The position numbers were made by a program, and so were the translations under genes. Of a stretch of DNA of 64,000 nt, positions 60,363-64,000 are shown piece after piece. The stretch comes from Synechococcus sp. (GTDB lineage Bacteria; Cyanobacteriota; Cyanobacteriia; PCC-6307; Cyanobiaceae). The notes below the pieces were generated by a model. It ran no database searches, was not told the origin of the DNA, and worked only from the letters and a program-made list of their open reading frames with translations. Numbering within the stretch: position 1 is the first letter of the stretch; each line of letters opens with the position of its first letter. The stretch is taken from the NCBI GenBank assembly GCA_047285305.1, contig JBJBDL010000003.1, positions 1,312,001 to 1,376,000 of the forward strand, in the 5' to 3' direction.

Positions 60363-61343
60363 TTGGCACATCATTCCCTGGTTGTTTCAAGCCTGAGCGT
60401 TCTCGCTGTTGGCCTCGCCGCTTGTGGTGGTAGTTCCAGTGTGTCCAGCCTTAATGCGGCGGGGGCCTCCTTCCCCGCCAAGGTGTACCAGAGCTGGTTC
60501 GCCGAGCTCGCCGGCTCCGGTGGAATCAAGGTGAACTACCAGGCGGTGGGTTCCGGTTCCGGCCGTAAAGCCTTCATCGATGGCACCGTGGATTTTGCCG
60601 CTTCGGACGACCCGATCAAGGAGGCTGACCGCAAGCAGGTGAGCCAAGGGGTGGTTCAGATCCCGATGGTGGGGGGGACGATCGCCTTCGGTTACAACAA
60701 GCCCGGTTGCAACCTGAAGCTCACCCAAGAGCAGGCTGTGGAGGTGGCCACCGGCGCCATCAGCGATTGGAAGGAGCTCGGCTGCGAAGCGGGCACGATC
60801 ACCTGGGTGCATCGCTCGGATGGCTCCGGCACCACCAAGGCCTTCACCAACTCGCTGCAGACCTTTTCACCGGATTGGACCCTCGGCAGCGGTAAATCGG
60901 TGAAGTGGCCGGTTGGCGTGGGTGCCAAGGGCAACTCGGGCGTTGCCGGGGTGATCGACAACCGGGTTGGCGCGATCGGCTATGTGAATCAGTCGTACAT
61001 CAAGGGGAATGTGCAGGCTGCTGCGTTGCAGAACAAATCCGGGGAATTCCTCAAGCCCTCCGTGGAGGCTGGTGCTAAGGCCCTCAACGGCATTGAGCTT
61101 GATCAGTACCTGGCGGGCAGCAACCCCAACCCCTCCGCTGCTGGTGCCTACCCCATCGCAACACTCACCTGGGTGTTGGCCTATGCCGAGGGCAATGGCG
61201 CCAAAGCTGAAGCTGTGAAGAAGGTCTTCAACTACATGCTGGAAGATTCCACCCAGGAGGGTGCTGCGGTGCTGGGCTTTGTGCCTCTCCGGGGCAACAT
61301 CCTCGAACAATCCCGCAGTGCGGTGGCAGGCATTCAGCCTTGA
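60363..61343 (+). CDS. pstS: phosphate-binding protein PstS, lipoprotein type
   Basis: LAAC lipobox, GASFP, GSGSG, RSDGSGTT, YPI. Confidence 0.94.
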   Translation: MAHHSLVVSSLSVLAVGLAACGGSSSVSSLNAAGASFPAKVYQSWFAELAGSGGIKVNYQAVGSGSGRKAFIDGTVDFAASDDPIKEADRKQVSQGVVQIPMVGGTIAFGYNKPGCNLKLTQEQAVEVATGAISDWKELGCEAGTITWVHRSDGSGTTKAFTNSLQTFSPDWTLGSGKSVKWPVGVGAKGNSGVAGVIDNRVGAIGYVNQSYIKGNVQAAALQNKSGEFLKPSVEAGAKALNGIELDQYLAGSNPNPSAAGAYPIATLTWVLAYAEGNGAKAEAVKKVFNYMLEDSTQEGAAVLGFVPLRGNILEQSRSAVAGIQP

Positions 61344-61430
61344 ACCCGAACTCTTGATTGAGTGAACGTCATGCCCCGGTTTGGATGGCCAAGCCGGGTT
61401 CTTTGAAGTTTTTACTTGCTGTTCGGCCAT

Positions 61431-61460
61431 CTTTAACCCTTGTTAATACCCCATTAACGA
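61431..61460 (+). promoter_or_regulatory. Pho box (PhoB/SphR) upstream of the second pstS
   Basis: TTAA at 61433, 61443 and 61454 (10/11-nt period), resembling PyTTAAPyPy repeats. Confidence 0.62.
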
Positions 61461-61513
61461 CATCCAGTTCGATGGCCGATTAGGTCTTAGTTGCAACAGT
61501 CCTCTTTCTGGTT

Positions 61514-62491
61514 GTGACTCGTTTCGCTCAAAAGGCTCTCCTCTGCACCTCCGTTCTTGCGCTTGGAGCAAGCATGCCGGCTTCTGCTGCTGAACGGCTC
61601 AATGGCGCAGGTGCGTCTTTCCCCGCCAAGATTTATCAGCGTTGGTTCGCTGATCTCGCTAAGGCTGGCGGCCCTAAAGTTAACTACCAGGCTGTGGGTT
61701 CCGGTTCCGGCCGCAAAGCCTTCATCGACCAGACCGTGAACTTCGGTGCATCGGATGATCCGATGAAGAAGAAGGATATGGAGAAGGTCACCCGTGGCGT
61801 GGTCCAGATCCCGATGGTGGGTGGCACCATCGCCTTCGGTTACAACAAGCCCGGTTGCAACCTGAAGCTCACCCAAGAGCAGGCTGTGAAGGTTGCCATG
61901 GGCATGATCAAGAACTGGAAGGAGCTCGGCTGCAAGCCCGGCACCCTCACCTGGGTGCACCGTTCCGATGGCTCTGGCACCACAAAGGCCTTCACCAACT
62001 CCATGCAGGCCTTCTCCAAGACCTGGACCCTCGGCACCGGTAAATCCGTGAGGTGGCCCGCTGGTGTTGGCGCCAAGGGCAATTCCGGCGTAGCTGGCTT
62101 GATCCAGAACCGTGAAGGCGCGATCGGTTACGTGAACCAGTCGTACATCAAGGGCAAGGTGGTTGCCGCCGCTCTTCAGAACAAATCTGGTGAGTTCCTC
62201 AAGCCCTCCGTAGCTGCGGGTGCCAAGGCCCTCAATGGCATCAGCCTGGACAAGGACTTGGCTGGCAAGAACCCCAACCCCACCGCTAAAGGCGCTTATC
62301 CCATCGCAACCCTCACCTGGGTTCTGGCGTATGAGAATGGGAACGGTCCCCGAGCCAAAGTTGTTCGGGAAGCCTTTAATTACATGCTGAGCGACGCTGC
62401 GCAGGACAAAGCACCTTCCCTGGGCTTCGTTCCTCTTAAGGGAGACATCCTGGCCAAGTCCAAGGCCGCTGTGAACAAGATCGGCAAATGA
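61514..62491 (+). CDS. pstS: phosphate-binding protein PstS, Sec-signal type
   Basis: Same PstS motifs; ASA-AE signal peptide, no lipobox. Confidence 0.96.
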   Translation: MTRFAQKALLCTSVLALGASMPASAAERLNGAGASFPAKIYQRWFADLAKAGGPKVNYQAVGSGSGRKAFIDQTVNFGASDDPMKKKDMEKVTRGVVQIPMVGGTIAFGYNKPGCNLKLTQEQAVKVAMGMIKNWKELGCKPGTLTWVHRSDGSGTTKAFTNSMQAFSKTWTLGTGKSVRWPAGVGAKGNSGVAGLIQNREGAIGYVNQSYIKGKVVAAALQNKSGEFLKPSVAAGAKALNGISLDKDLAGKNPNPTAKGAYPIATLTWVLAYENGNGPRAKVVREAFNYMLSDAAQDKAPSLGFVPLKGDILAKSKAAVNKIGK

Positions 62492-62525
62492 TCTTGGCTT
62501 GAATTGGTTTTCAAAACCAATTATC

Positions 62526-62550
62526 AAAGGGCCCCTTGGGGCCCTTTTTT
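62526..62550 (+). terminator. intrinsic terminator of pstS
   Basis: aaagggcccc-tt-ggggccctttttt. Confidence 0.85.
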
Positions 62551-62580
62551 ATGGGCTGAATGATTTGAATTTCGATCAGT

Positions 62581-62600
62581 GTTAGAGCCTTCTTAACCGA
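62581..62600 (+). promoter_or_regulatory. candidate Pho box upstream of ptrA
   Basis: GTTAGAGC and CTTAACCG at 11-nt spacing. Confidence 0.45.
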
Positions 62601-62671
62601 ATCTCTCCCGGCTCTTTGTTGGGAATCGATGTTGTCCTCAATACAGTTTTGCTGGATTCACGGGATTCCAA

Positions 62672-63307
62672 ATGCTTGCCACTCCGTCGGCTGATCTGAG
62701 TTCAAAAGCTCTGGGTTTCAAGGCGTTTCTTGAAAGCAGCTACGACAATCGCAATGTTGTTCATGTCACCTCGGGAAGTTTCGTTCCTCTGCTGAAGAAC
62801 AGCGTTTGGTTTGTGGTTCGCGGCATGGTGAAGCTCGGGGCGCTGTCAGTGCATGGTGATGAGCTGGTGCTTGGCCTGGTGGGTCCCAATGAACCCTTCG
62901 GTGCCGCATTCACCAATGTGGAGGCCTATGAGGCTGTAGCGCTCACCGATTGCGATCTGCTCTGCTGCAATCTGGCGGAGCTGGAGCAGTCTCCTCAGTT
63001 AGCGCTTGGTTTGGCCAAGGCCATGGCTGCTCGCTACCGCCAGGCGGAGTCGCTCCTGGCCCTGCTGGGGCTGCGTCGCGTTGAAGAACGGGTCCGGGGC
63101 TTTTTGGAGCTCCTTGCTAAGGACTTTGGCGAACCCTGTGAGGCCGGGTTGCGGCTCAACCTTCGCTTGACTCATCAGGAGATCGCCAGTGCTCTCAGCA
63201 CCACACGGGTGACAGTGACCCGCGTGTTGGGGCAGTTGCGGGATGAAGGCTGGCTTCAGATTGATGCCTCCAGGCATCTGGTGGTGACTGGCACCGGCCG
63301 CGGCTGA
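62672..63307 (+). CDS. ptrA: Crp-family phosphate-stress regulator
   Basis: cNMP-binding fold plus LTHQEIASALSTTRVTVTR HTH; directly downstream of pstS. Confidence 0.8.
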   Translation: MLATPSADLSSKALGFKAFLESSYDNRNVVHVTSGSFVPLLKNSVWFVVRGMVKLGALSVHGDELVLGLVGPNEPFGAAFTNVEAYEAVALTDCDLLCCNLAELEQSPQLALGLAKAMAARYRQAESLLALLGLRRVEERVRGFLELLAKDFGEPCEAGLRLNLRLTHQEIASALSTTRVTVTRVLGQLRDEGWLQIDASRHLVVTGTGRG

Positions 63308-63311
63308 AGGC

Positions 63312-63341
63312 AAAAAAAAGAGCCGGCGAAACCGCCGGCTC
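63312..63341 (-). terminator. intrinsic terminator downstream of tRNA-Pro
   Basis: Minus strand gagccggcgg-ttt-cgccggctc followed by T8. Confidence 0.8.
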
Positions 63342-63387
63342 AAACCCTGAAGTGTTGATGTTCAGGTGGGGAAACAAGAAGGTTGAA

Positions 63388-63461
63388 TCGGAGCGGCGGG
63401 ATTTGAACCCACGACCCCCACTACCCCAAAGTGGTGCGCTACCAAGCTGCGCCACGCCCCG
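63388..63461 (-). tRNA. tRNA-Pro(GGG)
   Basis: CGGGGCGTGGCGCAGCTTGGTAGCGCACCACTTTGGGGTAGTGGGGGTCGTGGGTTCAAATCCCGCCGCTCCGA cloverleaf. Confidence 0.97.
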
Positions 63462-63475
63462 TCAGATTTAAGCTA

Positions 63476-63811
63476 TCACAGTGCATTCTGGCGTCTGAGT
63501 CGCCTAAGCAACCGAGTGGTGAGCTGGTCTCTCGTTGCAGATCCGTAGTGGTACACACGCAGTTCCGCAGCGGCCTGGCGAAGCTCAGCCAGGCTCATCG
63601 CTGCCAGACGCAGCTCGGGCAGGGTGCGCCAGGCTCTTGAGCGCATCGGGAGTGAGGCAGGGCCTTTGGCCTGGCCCAGATTCAGGGTTCCATCGGCCAG
63701 CCATTCGGGGATGAGTACCACCAGAACGGCGATGAGGCCATAGAGCTCCACCAGCCCCCTCGGCAGGGGATGCAGTTGTCGCTGTTCGGATGGATCAGGC
63801 CGTTCACTCAC
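63476..63811 (-). CDS. hypothetical membrane protein
   Basis: GTG start; LPRGLVELYGLIAVLVVLIPEWLADG. Confidence 0.7.
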   Translation of the reverse strand: MSERPDPSEQRQLHPLPRGLVELYGLIAVLVVLIPEWLADGTLNLGQAKGPASLPMRSRAWRTLPELRLAAMSLAELRQAAAELRVYHYGSATRDQLTTRLLRRLRRQNAL

Positions 63812-63878
63812 TGCAGAACGGAGGTGTCCTTCTTCACCCACGATCGCACCAACAGGAAGCGTGCCCGCGGGCTGGTGG

Positions 63879-64000
63879 TCAGATTGCCAAAGGTGTTGAT
63901 TTGGGTTGGGAGGGCTCCCGCCACAGCATCGGAGATTGCTGCTCTTGGTTGAAGGAGACACTGCCCAGGATCAGGCCCAGAACCAAAATCAAGGTCAGGG
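63879..64000 (-). CDS. 3' end of a small membrane protein; starts outside the window
   Basis: ...LTLILVLGLILGSVSFNQEQQSPMLWREPSQPKSTPLAI*. Confidence 0.45.
   Translation of the reverse strand, partial: LTLILVLGLILGSVSFNQEQQSPMLWREPSQPKSTPLAI

Noticed and set aside
63388..63461. tRNA-Pro as an island attachment site
   Set aside because: No duplicated tRNA 3' end or integrase noticed; downstream genes are ptrA and pstS

Overview
GC-rich cyanobacterial chromosome segment, almost certainly marine Synechococcus (inferred from the D1:1-type psbA, marine-type CP12, tandem pstS plus ptrA, and gene order). Core blocks flank an accessory region: 1-12.3 kb has ndhD (partial), thrB, glk, thrS, a lysozyme, trpS, a CDF transporter, ycjF and psbA; 36.3-64 kb has lepB, menD, menB, an L,D-transpeptidase pseudogene, glgA, murF, glmU, aroA, ubiD, comB, an amidase, murI, sds, acs, a peroxiredoxin, two pstS, ptrA and tRNA-Pro. 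The ~24 kb region between them (12.35-36.2 kb) has no integrase or transposase and is packed with microproteins, many below the ORF-track cutoff. Its most notable contents are: a tandem pair of NblA-like proteins; a glutamine (downstream-peptide type) riboswitch with an adjacent NtcA box ahead of a 34-aa DUF4278-like peptide; a candidate ~58-nt NtcA-activated sRNA; a Yfr1/Yfr10-like sRNA with ACTCCTCACAC; a perfect CIRCE-type operator before a MIF/tautomerase gene; a LexA-like box before a Cys-rich microprotein; and three microproteins sharing the ungapped motif W-x3-R-x3-L-x4-R-x2-D-x6-EF. D1 carries an unusual Met-to-Gln change beside the Mn ligand His332. No CRISPR array, rRNA or intact mobile element was seen. 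All family assignments are by eye; no database searches were run.
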